The notes under the pieces: generated by a model
What the model was told of the DNA's origin: nothing
Seen by the model: the letters and a program-made list of their open reading frames with translations, nothing else
Databases searched by the model: none
Made by a program: the position numbers and the translations under genes
Source of the DNA: Ascoidea asiatica JCM 7603
Lineage: Eukaryota; Fungi; Ascomycota
NCBI GenBank assembly: GCA_001600695.1
Contig: BCKQ01000006.1
Coordinates: 198,315-262,314, forward strand
Length of the DNA stretch: 64,000 bases
Direction: 5' to 3'
Shown here: piece by piece, positions 11,391 to 23,344 of the stretch
Position numbering within the stretch: the first letter of the stretch is position 1
Layout: the number at the start of each line of letters is the position of its first letter

Positions 11391-13496
11391 TTAATCTTCA
11401 TCATTGAAAAATATGAAACTTGGAAAGCCAAAATCTAAATCATAAGTCAAAAAACGGCAAAGACTATGAACCAATTCTTTATCCTCTTCTTTTAAATTAG
11501 GTTTTATATATTTATGATAATTTGAGCGGTACAATACCAGATTCGGTTTGAATTCTCTCAACCATTTTGTATCAATGAATTCAGTAGATTCTGGAAGTGT
11601 AAGCAGTTTTATTCCACATGGCATATTTTCTATTTTTTTAATATTCAAATTAAATTTCAAATCAAGTGTCTCAATTTTATTAAATCTTTTGAACAGAGGA
11701 GGAATTGTTTCAATTCCATTATTTGAAATAGAAAACTTTTTCAAAGTAGAAGAACAGTTTACTAAATTTTTTAAAATATTAAAATTTGCAAGATTATTTT
11801 CATCAATTAAAAATATTTCTAATTTTTCGAGATTATTCAAACATTTAAAATCACCAAATTTTTCTGTGATTTTAGTTACCATTTTTTTTTCTAATTTAGT
11901 TTTAGTTTTTACTGTAGTTTTTCTTTTTGCTGACTTTTTTTTTGATTTTTTTAAATTCTCTGAAATCTCTAATTTTTCTAAAGAGTCAATATTTTCTGAA
12001 AGTTCTTTTGATCTTGTTGATTTTTTAAAATTTATTGAATTTTTTAATTTTCTTGAGTTTTTATTACTAGATCTTGCTTTTAAATCTTCATCTTCTACCT
12101 CAACTTTGACTTCAACTTCAACTTTAGATACAACTTTTATAGATTCTTCAATGCAATTTTTACTTAAATTCAAAAATTCAAGATTTTTTAAATTACCTAA
12201 GTTTTCAATTAAGGTAATACCATTTCTACTTAAATCTAAATAAGTAAGTTCTTTTAAATCATCTAAATTTTCTATTTTTTTAATTAGATTTTCTTTTAAA
12301 TTTAATTTTTTTAAATTTTTGAAATGACTTAAATTCTCTATTTTAGAAATCTTATTATTTGAAAGGTCTAAATTTGCTAAATTTAATAAATTTTCATTAC
12401 TCAATATTCCTATTAATGTGATTTTATTGTCGTTTAAATTTAATTCTTCCAAAGTATAAGGAAGTGGATATATAGTTTCCATTTTCATACCATCATCATC
12501 TGAGACCAACGATAAACACTTAAGATTTCTGAAATTTCTAAAATTTTTCATTTTATTAATTGAACTTATATCAAATACTGATTTTTTCAAACAATTTTTT
12601 TTTTTAGGATTTTTTAAATTAATTCTCATAACATTTCTAGACCAAATTTCAACATTTTCTAAATGCTCTAAACTACTCAATTCTACCAAATGATCTTTAA
12701 AATGATCAATTGTATAATATGAAAGTTCACCTTCAATTTTAAGATATTCTAAATTATACAATCCTAAAATTGAATTCATTATTTCTCCATCAAAATTCAA
12801 AACTTCTAGAGATAATATTTTTAAATTAGCTAAATTTTGAATATAAGATAAATTTCTTTCATCTCGATTATGTGAAATAATTCTTAAAGATAATTTTTCT
12901 AAATTTAAACAATTTTTTAAAAAGGATAAATCTTGAATTCTTATATTATGTATATAAAGAGTTAAACTTTTTAAATTGAAACAATTGGAAATAATATTTA
13001 AATTTATTTCTGAATTTATCTTAAATTCTAAAATATAAGATTTTATTTTTATTACTCTTAAATTTTTAGAAATATTAGTATTAGATAATAAGTTATTAAA
13101 AATTTTTTCATTTGTCAGTTCAAAATTATCTAAATTTAAACTTCGAAGATTGTTGAAATCATTTTTTAAGATTGAATTGAAAATGTTAGGATTTAAATTA
13201 CTAGTTTTTGAAAAAGTTAATTGCTTAAAATCATTAGAATGATTTTTAAATAAATTATTAACAAAATCATAATTCAAATTCATTGAAAGAGAAAATTTTT
13301 TATTTTTTATTTTTAAATTTCGAATATCAGTATTACTGCAGGTAGTTAAATGAATTTTGGAAATAACTAATTCATGTGATATATCTGAGATTGAATTTGA
13401 TTCAACATTGTTTAATAATAATAATTTGCTTAAATTTACATTTTTTAAAATTTCTTTAGTGATATGATTAGGTAAAGGTTTATCAGCTAAAATCAT
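11391..13496 (-). CDS. Leucine-rich repeat protein (Sds22-like repeats), possible degenerate N-terminal F-box
   Basis: Repeats such as LDLSNNKISKIENL, LNLKENLIKKIENL, LDLSRNGITLIENL; N-terminal LPNHITKEIL; Lys-rich insert. Confidence 0.85.
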   Translation of the reverse strand: MILADKPLPNHITKEILKNVNLSKLLLLNNVESNSISDISHELVISKIHLTTCSNTDIRNLKIKNKKFSLSMNLNYDFVNNLFKNHSNDFKQLTFSKTSNLNPNIFNSILKNDFNNLRSLNLDNFELTNEKIFNNLLSNTNISKNLRVIKIKSYILEFKINSEINLNIISNCFNLKSLTLYIHNIRIQDLSFLKNCLNLEKLSLRIISHNRDERNLSYIQNLANLKILSLEVLNFDGEIMNSILGLYNLEYLKIEGELSYYTIDHFKDHLVELSSLEHLENVEIWSRNVMRINLKNPKKKNCLKKSVFDISSINKMKNFRNFRNLKCLSLVSDDDGMKMETIYPLPYTLEELNLNDNKITLIGILSNENLLNLANLDLSNNKISKIENLSHFKNLKKLNLKENLIKKIENLDDLKELTYLDLSRNGITLIENLGNLKNLEFLNLSKNCIEESIKVVSKVEVEVKVEVEDEDLKARSSNKNSRKLKNSINFKKSTRSKELSENIDSLEKLEISENLKKSKKKSAKRKTTVKTKTKLEKKMVTKITEKFGDFKCLNNLEKLEIFLIDENNLANFNILKNLVNCSSTLKKFSISNNGIETIPPLFKRFNKIETLDLKFNLNIKKIENMPCGIKLLTLPESTEFIDTKWLREFKPNLVLYRSNYHKYIKPNLKEEDKELVHSLCRFLTYDLDFGFPSFIFFNDED

Positions 13497-14145
13497 TTTA
13501 AAATACTTAAAAAGATTTATTATTAAATTGATAAATTATTAAATTAACTACTTTTTATGATGTAGGAAATAAAGAAGTAAAAGAGATGCTGATCTATTCA
13601 CTTGTTATTGTTATTGCTATTGCTATTGCTATTGCTATTGGTACTGGTATTAATATTGTTATTATTTTAGTTATTGATAAAATTAAATGCTCTTTTTTTG
13701 AATTCAAATATAAATTTATTTGAAAAGATAAAAATTTTAATAAGTATTAATTTGATAATAAATAATTATAAAAAAAAAAGGATTTGGAAAGAAATGAAAG
13801 AATGAATCCCATTTATATTATATTTTCTTATCACATTATTATTTTTGCTATTTATTCTATGTTAAAGCAGAGTATTTCTCTGAGCAAAGACCTCACATCC
13901 TCGCATTTCATATTTGAGCTCTGATGTAATATTGAAGCTTCTGAATATACTTCTATTTTATATTTCTGTTTATTTATTGAATTTATTTTATATATTTGCT
14001 TTATTTATTTTTTTATATTTGCTTTGTTTATTTGCTTTATTGCTATTGTCCTGTGTCAAGCTGCTAAGCTACTTTGTTCAACTTAAATCGCACACGTGAT
14101 AAACAAAAAAGTAGCAATAAAAAAGTAGCAATAGAAAGAAAAAAA

Positions 14146-14228
14146 TGAAGGATGCGAGGTTCGAACTCGCGCGGGAATTTCCCAGTAGATCTTAAGTCTA
14201 CCGCCTTAGACCACTCGGCCAACCCTCC
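14146..14228 (-). tRNA. tRNA-Leu (UAA)
   Basis: Reverse complement GGAGGGTTGGCCGAGTGGTCTAAGGCGGTAGACTTAAGATCTACTGGGAAATTCCCGCGCGAGTTCGAACCTCGCATCCTTCA; long variable arm; T-run terminator. Confidence 0.97.
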
Positions 14229-15000
14229 AGTTTGATGTACTTTTTGCTGTTTTGCAATAGTATCCAAATATGATCTAATACATTGACAGTATCCTTAGTA
14301 AATGATAATACAACTTTTTCCGACAGAAGATCCATTTTTCCCCAGTAACTGAAACAAAGCTGTATTCAACTAGCTGTAATAATTAAAAAGACATATTATA
14401 TTTTATTGAAGAATGGTGACTTCCTCGAAAATATGTTATATTTCTAAGCTTATCATATATTTAATAGCGCTATGCGATAATCTGTTTGAAAGCCGAAATG
14501 ATGTAAGTGTTTTTCCGATTTTCATTCTCGGAACAACCGATGTATTAAGTTTGGCGTGCTGCATTTAAAGCATTATAGAACGTCGATATGCAGTATCAAT
14601 GAATTAGCCTAAAACCTGAATAAATATTATAATTGTTAATTTCATCATTACGAAAGGACTAATTTTGTTTTTATGTTGCTATTCAACTTCTCTAAGGGGA
14701 AGTGGAGTTGAATATAACTTGTTTGCTATATTCATTTACATTCATGATCCAAAAAATTAAATATATATATATAGGCTATGAATGTCTTCTTTTTTATTCA
14801 AATTTCAATTACTCTATTACTCAATTACTCAAAAAATATTTTCTTATTGACTAATTTATTCATTAACTTCTTTTTTAATTGAAAAAATTTATTAAAGTAT
14901 AATAAATTATCTGATTTTTTATATAATTTAGATTGCTCAATTAAAATTTTTTTCCTACTCGATTTCAAGAACTTTTAAAATATTATAATTAGTTTTCAAA

Positions 15001-15729
15001 ATGGTTAAAGTTTTGATTGCATTATGTTCAGAAACTCCTGAACCATTTTATCCAAGTGGAGATCCAACTGGTTATTATTATACAGAAGTATCACATCCAT
15101 TTGATGTTTTTAGAGAACATGGATATGATGTTGATCTTGCTTCAGAAACTGGTAAATCAACTTTAGATTTAAATTCTATCAGTGAACAACATATGACAAA
15201 ATCTGAATTAAAAACATATGAAGAATCAACTGGAGAAATTTCAGAAAAATTTAAAAACATTTTTAAAATTTCTGATTTAAATTCAAAAGATTATGATATT
15301 TTTTTTGCTGCAGGTGGTCATGGTGCTGCAGTTACATTTCCTAAAAATAAAAATTTATTAAAATTTGCTGGTGAAATGTATGATGATGGTAAAATTTTAG
15401 CTGCAGTTTGTCATGGTCCTTGTATTTTTCAATCTATTGTTGATAAAAATGGTGTTCCAATTATTAAAGGTAGAAGATTAACAGGTTTTACTGATGTTGG
15501 TGAAGAAGAAGTAGGAATGAGAAAAGTTTTAAAAGCAAAAAATATTAAAACTCCTAGAGAAGCAATTGAATCTGCTGGTGGAATTTATATGATTCCTCCT
15601 ACAAATTGGAATGATTACACTGTTAGGGATGAAAAAATTATCACTGGTGTTAATCCTGCAAGTGCACATTCTACTGGTGTCAAAACAGTTGAAGCATTTC
15701 AAGCTTATAATTGTTCTGATTCGACTTAG
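15001..15729 (+). CDS. HSP31: DJ-1/PfpI family glyoxalase III / chaperone
   Basis: TGYYYTEVSHP, FAAGGHG, AAVCHGP (Glu-Cys-His triad), ITGVNPASA. Confidence 0.93.
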   Translation: MVKVLIALCSETPEPFYPSGDPTGYYYTEVSHPFDVFREHGYDVDLASETGKSTLDLNSISEQHMTKSELKTYEESTGEISEKFKNIFKISDLNSKDYDIFFAAGGHGAAVTFPKNKNLLKFAGEMYDDGKILAAVCHGPCIFQSIVDKNGVPIIKGRRLTGFTDVGEEEVGMRKVLKAKNIKTPREAIESAGGIYMIPPTNWNDYTVRDEKIITGVNPASAHSTGVKTVEAFQAYNCSDST

Positions 15730-18029
15730 AATAAAAATATATTTATTTCTCATTACAAGTTAACTTATTCTTACAAATTTTTTACTTTTTTACTTAATTT
15801 ATATCTATTTTTTACTTAATTTAAATCTATTTTATCTTTATTTTATCTTTATTTTATATTTAATTTATCTTTACTTTTTTTTATTTTATATTTAATATAT
15901 CTTTAATTCTATACTTATTCTATACTTATTCTATAGAAGAATGTTGAGCCTAGTAGAAATTTCTTTTTTTTTGAAAGTAAATGATTTATTTGATTCAATT
16001 AAGCCATTTGGAGATACAAAAAATATTAAAAGTTCTTTTTATTTCCTTACTGCAAAAATAAATATTTATTGTGGTAAATCTACTTAAACGATTGTTTTAA
16101 GAAAACGTTAGAGTTGTTCCAATTAATTTAAAAATATATCTTTTTCTAAACGCTTCTAAAGTAGAAGAAAAAAATTTTATCAAATTTTATTTCAAAAATT
16201 TTTATTTCCCAAATAGTTAGGAAGAATTTCATCTATTGCTTTGACTTTTGATACTGATGTTGTGAGAATTAATAGAGAATGAAGTAACTTATCATAATAG
16301 GAAATAAAAAGGATGAAAGAAAAGGCAGAACATTTACAGGAGGAACATGAAAAGAAACTAGATTATTATTAAAACAAATTAATATTCAATGTTTATTTTC
16401 AAAGATTCAAATAATGCAAAGAATGATAAATATAAAAACAACAAACTCAAACTTAAGGAAATGTCGTCAGACCCATTAATGAATAACTATCTAAAATATG
16501 TTGTTTGATCATATATATTTGCTTGAGATATATTGTATGATAGACTGTTAAATTCACTAAATACAATCTTATCCTTAATATATAGTATATTCTTCTATAA
16601 GCTTTTCTCTTTAGAAGTGTTTACATAAAGCAAAGAGAATAAAACAAAGAAGAAAATAACCATTAAGTTGCAATGATAGATACTATACATAGATTTAGCC
16701 TTTTTGAAACAAAATTTAACTCGAAATATTGCATTTTTATATGCAAAACAATCAAATAACAAAAAAAAAGGAAATTAAATGAAAAATATGGTATCTGTTC
16801 TCTTAAAGGGGACTATAATAAAATAAATACAATTTCCTGAAGGTAAAAGGGTCATAGAAATTATGATAATTAGTACTGCAGTATGGTTATGGGTTGATTA
16901 TAAATCTTTAAAAGATAAATTATTGCAGAGATTTTGAACAAAAATAATTTATTATTCACTCAAAAGATATTTTCTACAGATAATTTCCTTTGCGTACAAT
17001 TCTATTTTATTTTTAAAAAGAAACTACTTTACATTTGTTTTTCCATTTGCATTATAAGATACTAATAACATAGATACTTAAAGAAAACTTTTTGTGGGCT
17101 TCTTACCCAATGTCAAGATCAAAGATCGTATTACTACTATGTTTTATTCTTTGATAATTATCATATATTACATGAACATTATAACTGTATGGTCAAGCAT
17201 TTGGATTCTCCTTTCATTTTTTTCAAGCATTTAAATTATTATTGTTATCATCATTATTCAAATAGGCATCAGAGTAAAATAATATACCCCTCATAAGATT
17301 TTATTTCAAAATTGAAATGCTCTGTAATATATCTATGGAGAGAAATAAAACTCTTCGTTCTTTTGACATACATTTCACATTTTACATTTTACATTTTTCA
17401 TTTGTTTTATGAGTAAGTAAGTAAGTGAGGAAGTGAGTAGGTCAATGAGTGAGTTCTTGTGGCAATATTTTCTCCACGTTACTCCATGCAGGCTTTACGG
17501 TACCGAAACCTTCACTTGCATATGAAGTTCGACAAGTAAAATTTGAGTGTTTCCTTGTCATTAGAGTTTTCCATTGTTCTTGTTTATAAGGTTCTGGGAA
17601 TATAATGAAGAAAGAAACAATGTTTGCTAAAATCAAACAATTATTGACAACTTCAGTTATTTTATTTCAAATCTGAATGATAAAGGATATTTTATATGAT
17701 AGATTGAGATTTCCTTTTTTATATTTAATATCAATTTTAAAATATTATACCATATTTCAAAGATTGCTACTGGAAAATCAATAAAGTAACTGATTTCTAT
17801 TGATTATCATGAATTATTCAATCTTGCAATATTTTTTAAAATAAATACAGTAATAATATAATAATGAGAATCAATAATTAAACAATATAAAAGGAAGAGA
17901 TTTCTTCCTTATTCTCTTCTCTTTAAATTTTATCTAATATTTATTCAAAAAGAAAATTCTATACTCATCATTATTATATTGTCTTTTTTAAGTGTATATT
18001 CAATTATAATCTTTATAGCAATTAACTCA

Positions 18030-18082
18030 TATTAACTAATATCAACTAATATCAACTAATATTAACTAATATTAACTAATAT
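18030..18082. repeat. 10-bp tandem repeat (ATYAACTAAT) x5 upstream of the kinase
   Basis: attaactaat atcaactaat atcaactaat attaactaat attaactaat. Confidence 0.8.
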
Positions 18083-18188
18083 CGACTACTATATTTTCAT
18101 TTAATATAGTTAACCTTTTACTTCAAATTAAACCTTTAAATACTATTATAAGTATTAATAATTATCAATAACTAGTAATAACCTAACT

Positions 18189-19874
18189 ATGTCTTCTGAT
18201 TCTTTAGATCATTTAACAATCAAAATTGGTAAAGCAAAAAACGTTATTTTGAAACATGATTTAGTTTATAATCCAGAAATTTTATCTCAAATGGTTCAAG
18301 ATGGATTAAATTTTGATTCTGAAAGTTTAAATAAATTTATCAATGAAACCGAAGAAGAAATTTTCTTTACTGATAATATTATAGATTTAACTCCAGAAAA
18401 TTTAAAAAATATTATTCCTGCTGTTCGTAAATTCAAAAATAATAAAGATGATAAAGAAACAAATATTCCAATGATTTTCTGTACTTTAGAATATATTGAT
18501 GATGAAAAAGAAGATAATTATTTATGTGATATTATTGAACCTGAAGGAGGAACATTATCTAATCCAAATTTTAATAGTAAAACAAAATGGAAAATATCAA
18601 GTAATGGAAATATTTGTATAAAATTTTACTCTCAAGTTACAAATAAACTTATTCCAGAATTTTTTTTAAAAGAGAAAAAAACAAATCAAGTTCCTTTATT
18701 TAAATTCACTATAGATTTAAAAAAATTTAAAGATTCTGGTCGTCAATCAATATATTTCAATCAAGATTTAGAAAATGAAAATAAACCAAATACAAAATTT
18801 GAAGTAACTTTAAACTATGATGAACCTAGTCCACCAGATACACCTGAAAATATTTCTGATTTACAACCATATTCAGAACAATCAGTTGAATCATATTTAA
18901 TTCCAAATCATATGTCAATTGATGATTATGAATTATTAAAAGTTTTAGGAGTTGGAGCTTTTGGAAAAGTACTTTTAGCTAAAAAAAAAGATGATGGAAA
19001 TTTATATGCTATTAAATCAATAAAAAAATCAAAACTTCAAGAACATGGAAATATTTCAGATAAAATGGTTGAAAGAAATATTTTAACATTAGTGAAATCT
19101 CCATTTATAATTTCAATGAAATATTCTTTTCAATCTTTAGAAAATTTATATCTTGTTTTAGAATATGTTAAAGGTAAAGATTTATTTCAAGCTTTATCAA
19201 CAACTGGAAGTTTAGATACACCAGTAATTAGATTATTTGCCGCTGAAATAATTTGTGCTTTAGAAGAACTTCATAATAAGAGTATTATTTATCGTGATTT
19301 AAAAGTGGAAAATGTACTGATTGATCATGATGGACATATAAAACTTTGTGATTTTGGATTATCTGAAATGAATTGTATTGGTGAAGATAAAAAATATGAA
19401 GTTTGTGGAACTTTTGATTGTTTTTCTCCAGAATTAATTTCAGGATCTGGATATACAAAAACTCTTGATTGGTGGACTTTTGGAATTTTATTATATGAAA
19501 TGTTTGATTGTATTTCACCATTTCAAAATGATGATGTAGATGAAATGTTAAATGAAATTGTTAATAATGAAATAAAATATCCTAAGAATATAAATCCGGT
19601 ATTAAAAGATTTAATTTCAAAACTATTAATTAAAAATCCAAATGAAAGATTAGGTAAAAATGGAGTTCAAGAAATTAAAAATCATCATTTTTTTAAAGAT
19701 TTGGATTGGGAAAAGGTAATGAATAAAGAATATATTTCAGAATTTAAACCATTAGAAAATGATTTTTCGATGGAAGATGAGCTTAGTACAATAAAACCAG
19801 TTGATAGTGTTGCAAGTGATATAGTATCATATGAAGAACAAAATTATTTCAGAAATTGGTCATGTTCAATGTAA
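18189..19874 (+). CDS. AGC Ser/Thr kinase, divergent Ypk1/2-like paralog
   Basis: GVGAFGKV, YAIK, YRDLKVEN, GHIKLCDFGL, GYTKTLDWWTFG, turn motif PVDSV, hydrophobic motif FRNWS. Confidence 0.88.
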   Translation: MSSDSLDHLTIKIGKAKNVILKHDLVYNPEILSQMVQDGLNFDSESLNKFINETEEEIFFTDNIIDLTPENLKNIIPAVRKFKNNKDDKETNIPMIFCTLEYIDDEKEDNYLCDIIEPEGGTLSNPNFNSKTKWKISSNGNICIKFYSQVTNKLIPEFFLKEKKTNQVPLFKFTIDLKKFKDSGRQSIYFNQDLENENKPNTKFEVTLNYDEPSPPDTPENISDLQPYSEQSVESYLIPNHMSIDDYELLKVLGVGAFGKVLLAKKKDDGNLYAIKSIKKSKLQEHGNISDKMVERNILTLVKSPFIISMKYSFQSLENLYLVLEYVKGKDLFQALSTTGSLDTPVIRLFAAEIICALEELHNKSIIYRDLKVENVLIDHDGHIKLCDFGLSEMNCIGEDKKYEVCGTFDCFSPELISGSGYTKTLDWWTFGILLYEMFDCISPFQNDDVDEMLNEIVNNEIKYPKNINPVLKDLISKLLIKNPNERLGKNGVQEIKNHHFFKDLDWEKVMNKEYISEFKPLENDFSMEDELSTIKPVDSVASDIVSYEEQNYFRNWSCSM

Positions 19875-20214
19875 AATATGATATGTTTCTAATTTTTTTT
19901 TTATGTTTTTTTATGTTTTTTTTTTTTTTTTTTTCTTTATCTTCTAGTATATTATTTTTTCAATTTAATACAATTTTAATTTCACTTTAATCTTAAAACA
20001 TCATCACTTCTTTGTAATGTAATCAATAAATAAACAGAAAAAATACAATTTATAAAACAAAGAACAAATAAACAGACAGGAAAATAAACAAAGGAAAACC
20101 AAATAACTATTTCAGATGAGAAAAGTTTGCACCAACGAGATGGATTTAATGTGTAAAGAAGTAGTAAAAGCGTAGTTTTACTGATTTCTACAGCAGATCA
20201 CAATTTAGTAGTAA

Positions 20215-20322
20215 TTACGTAATAGCATATGTGCTTATGTAATTGTTTTCAGTCAGCTGTATTTACGTAAGCGTCCAGCTTTTATTCTGATAAAAAGTGC
20301 TGACTGTTGCTCAGTAACGTCA
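20215..20322. promoter_or_regulatory. Cluster of bZIP (Yap/CRE-like) sites upstream of BXI1
   Basis: TTACGTAA at 20215 and 20263, TTATGTAA at 20235, ACGTCA at 20317. Confidence 0.5.
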
Positions 20323-20650
20323 CTGACAAAGAATATCAATTTATCTTGCTTTATTATGATCAAGCCTCAAAGAGTGTGAGATTCTAAGAATATTCTCAGT
20401 TGGAGTGATGACTTGAAATGCTTTTGGGGAGCTAAGAATGCTACAAGTTCTATATCGAAGTTATCTTTCATAAATTTATTTTATTTTGTCAGAAACAGTA
20501 CCAACTTTCTTATTTATTGATTATTTATCAAATCTCAAATTTTTATCGTTAATTTATTTGATATATATATATTATTCGATTTAACTTTTTAAACTTCTCT
20601 TTTATTCAATAAAAACAAAAAAGATAATAAAATAAAAAACTACAATTACA

Positions 20651-21481
20651 ATGGCAACTGTTAATCCAAATTCAGGATATAATGATAATATAAATAATCC
20701 TCCAAGTTATTCAGATCAAGGATTATTTTCAAATGATAATATAAATGGTAATAATAATAATACTACAGAAGGTGCTAGTAGAACTCCAGGTGATAATATT
20801 CCAGATGATTTTAAATATTCAACAAATGTTGCTGCTTGTGATATATCAATAAGAAATGCATTTATTTCTAAAGTTTATGCATTATTATCAGTTCAATTAT
20901 TTACAACATTAATTATTGGATTAATTATGAGATTAAATTCAAGTATAAGTTCATGGGCATTAAATAATTCATGGGCACTTATAGTCTCAATGGTTGGTAC
21001 TTTTGTTTTTATGATTATAGAATTTATAATTTCAAAAAAATATCCATATAATTTAATTTGTCTTGCTGGTTTTACAATTTGTGAAAGTTATTGTATTGGA
21101 TTTGTTACTGCATTATATGATTCAAATATTGTTATTCAAGCAGTTGTTTTAACATTATTTATATTTATTGGATTAACATTATTTGCAATTCAAGTTAAAT
21201 ACGATTTCACAAGTTGGATAATGTTTGTAAATATTGGATTATTTGTATTAATTGGTTTTGGATTTATATTAATTTTTATACCATTTAATTCAAAATTAGA
21301 ATTAATTTATTCATCAATTGGTGCAGGAATTTTTTCAATTTATATTTTAATTGATACTCAATTAATTATGAGAAAATTTAATCCAGAAGAAGAAATTTTA
21401 GCTGCAATTACATTATATTTAGATATTATTAATCTATTTCTTAATATTTTACGTATTTTAAATGAATTGAACAGAGATTAA
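20651..21481 (+). CDS. BXI1: Bax inhibitor-1 / TMBIM family membrane protein
   Basis: DNIPDDFKYS, IRNAFISKVYALLSVQL, YILIDTQLI, AAITLYLDIINLFL. Confidence 0.93.
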   Translation: MATVNPNSGYNDNINNPPSYSDQGLFSNDNINGNNNNTTEGASRTPGDNIPDDFKYSTNVAACDISIRNAFISKVYALLSVQLFTTLIIGLIMRLNSSISSWALNNSWALIVSMVGTFVFMIIEFIISKKYPYNLICLAGFTICESYCIGFVTALYDSNIVIQAVVLTLFIFIGLTLFAIQVKYDFTSWIMFVNIGLFVLIGFGFILIFIPFNSKLELIYSSIGAGIFSIYILIDTQLIMRKFNPEEEILAAITLYLDIINLFLNILRILNELNRD

Positions 21482-22006
21482 ACTAATTATAATACTATTT
21501 ATTATATACTGTATATACTGTATCTATATCTATTATATAGTAATATATATAGTGATTTAACTTACTATGAATCTCACTCCATATTAAAAAATATTTATCA
21601 ATAGATAAAGCAACATTTACATACAAAGTCTCTAAACAAATCTTTGTGGTTGTGATGAGTTGAGGGTTGTTTATTATCTTGGATCAAAATGATTAAGAGA
21701 AATCTCTTTAATAAAGGTTGTTGAAGAAAAGTGACACAAAAGAAGAATATTCAATATCTTTTTTTTTTCTTTCTTGGTTTTTTTTTAGAAAATGGTCAGA
21801 AGAGAATAAATCGAAGATATTTTTTATGAATATAAAGAAGTGAATATTTAATTTCTATCTTTCTTTTCTTTTTATCTTATTTATCTCATTTATCTTATTT
21901 ATCTTATTTATCTCATTTATTTTATTTTTCATTGAATTTTATTATAATATTCTGTTTTAATATATTGGCGGTAAGATATAAATTGTTGGCGGTTAGATAT
22001 TTTGAA

Positions 22007-23344
22007 ATGAAATCAAATTTTTTAATAAATAGTAGTATTTTAACTATTTCATTAATTGAACTAGTTAAATGTAATCCATCAATTATTACAAGTAATCAAA
22101 AGGAAATTAATATTAATAATGATAATGAAATATTATCAACAATTGATAAAAGATCAATTTATAAAATTTTAAATGAAAATGAAGTTCCAATTAAAAATTC
22201 AAATCAAAAAATTATGAGAATGAATAAAAAAATTAAAAGAGATGAAGGTACAAATGAAGGAACAGAAAGTGGAATAACTTCAGCTTCTTTTGAAGTAAAT
22301 TCAAGTAATGAAGAAACTGAGGAAGATGATGATTGTTTAGATGAATTTGAAGATGTTAAAGTTTTAAGTAAAGAATATGATATTTTTACAAGTAAATTAT
22401 TTCATAATTATAATAATGATATTTGTGATCAATCAAATTCAACAATTAGTTTATTAAGTAAAGATAAATCAGTTTTACCAATTCATTCACATAATGATTA
22501 TTTAAGAGAAATACCATTATTTGATGCATTATCAAAAGGTATTAAATCAGTTGAAGCAGATATTTGGATATTAAATGATACAGAATGTGAAAATGATAGT
22601 AATACTATAATAAATTCATTATTTATTGGACATGATGAAATTTATTCAAGTAAAAAACAAACATTAAAAGAATTATATTTAGAACCTTTAGAAAAATTAT
22701 TAGATGAAAATAATTGTGAAGGTAATGAATTAGTTAGTGAAGTTAAACATTGTGTATTTAATGGATTATTTTATAATAATCCAAATGAAACATTTTATTT
22801 ATTTATTGATTTTAAAGATAAAGAAAATAAAGAAGAAATGTATATTGAATTAATGAAAGAATTAAAAGATTTAATCTATTCACAATATTTAACATATTAT
22901 GATATTAAATTAGATACAATATTTTATGGACCAATAACTATAGTTTTAACAGGATATACACCAATTGATACAATCAATAATGATACTACAGGATATTATC
23001 AAGATGATAAAAGATATGTTTTTATTGATGCACCATTAGAAAAAATGCCAAAACATGAAGAATTGGATTATGATTATAGTGTTTTATCAGTCACAGCTTC
23101 TGCTAGTCTTGAAGCAATCACTGGAACTAAAGAACCATTGGCAGTATTCAATGGATTATCACAAAAACAGGTGGATGCTATCAAGTGTAAAATTGATGCT
23201 GCTCATGAATTGGATTTAAAAACAAGAGTTTGGGGAACACCTTTTTATCCAAAACAAATTAAGGAAAGAATTTGGCAACAATTAATTGAACTTCAAAGTG
23301 ATTTGTTAAATGTTGATGATTTAGAAGCAGCATATGCATTTTAA
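22007..23344 (+). CDS. AIM6: Aim6, PLC-like phosphodiesterase fold
   Basis: PIHSHNDY...PLFDAL...SVEADIW, LYLEPL, AHELDLKTRVWGTP, LLNVDDL; signal peptide from ATG 22007. Confidence 0.88.
   Translation: MKSNFLINSSILTISLIELVKCNPSIITSNQKEININNDNEILSTIDKRSIYKILNENEVPIKNSNQKIMRMNKKIKRDEGTNEGTESGITSASFEVNSSNEETEEDDDCLDEFEDVKVLSKEYDIFTSKLFHNYNNDICDQSNSTISLLSKDKSVLPIHSHNDYLREIPLFDALSKGIKSVEADIWILNDTECENDSNTIINSLFIGHDEIYSSKKQTLKELYLEPLEKLLDENNCEGNELVSEVKHCVFNGLFYNNPNETFYLFIDFKDKENKEEMYIELMKELKDLIYSQYLTYYDIKLDTIFYGPITIVLTGYTPIDTINNDTTGYYQDDKRYVFIDAPLEKMPKHEELDYDYSVLSVTASASLEAITGTKEPLAVFNGLSQKQVDAIKCKIDAAHELDLKTRVWGTPFYPKQIKERIWQQLIELQSDLLNVDDLEAAYAF

Noticed and set aside
16790-16805. GTATCTGTTCT resembling U2 snRNA
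   Set aside because: Lacks the GTGTAGTA branch-pairing sequence and other U2 features
17412-18110. GTAAGT repeats plus ACTAAT repeats as a 5' UTR intron of the kinase
   Set aside because: Both signals are simple tandem repeats and there is no CTAAC branch point before a suitable AG
20403-20410. Isolated GTGATGA C-box-like motifs (also 21652)
   Set aside because: No D box, terminal stem or rRNA guide nearby
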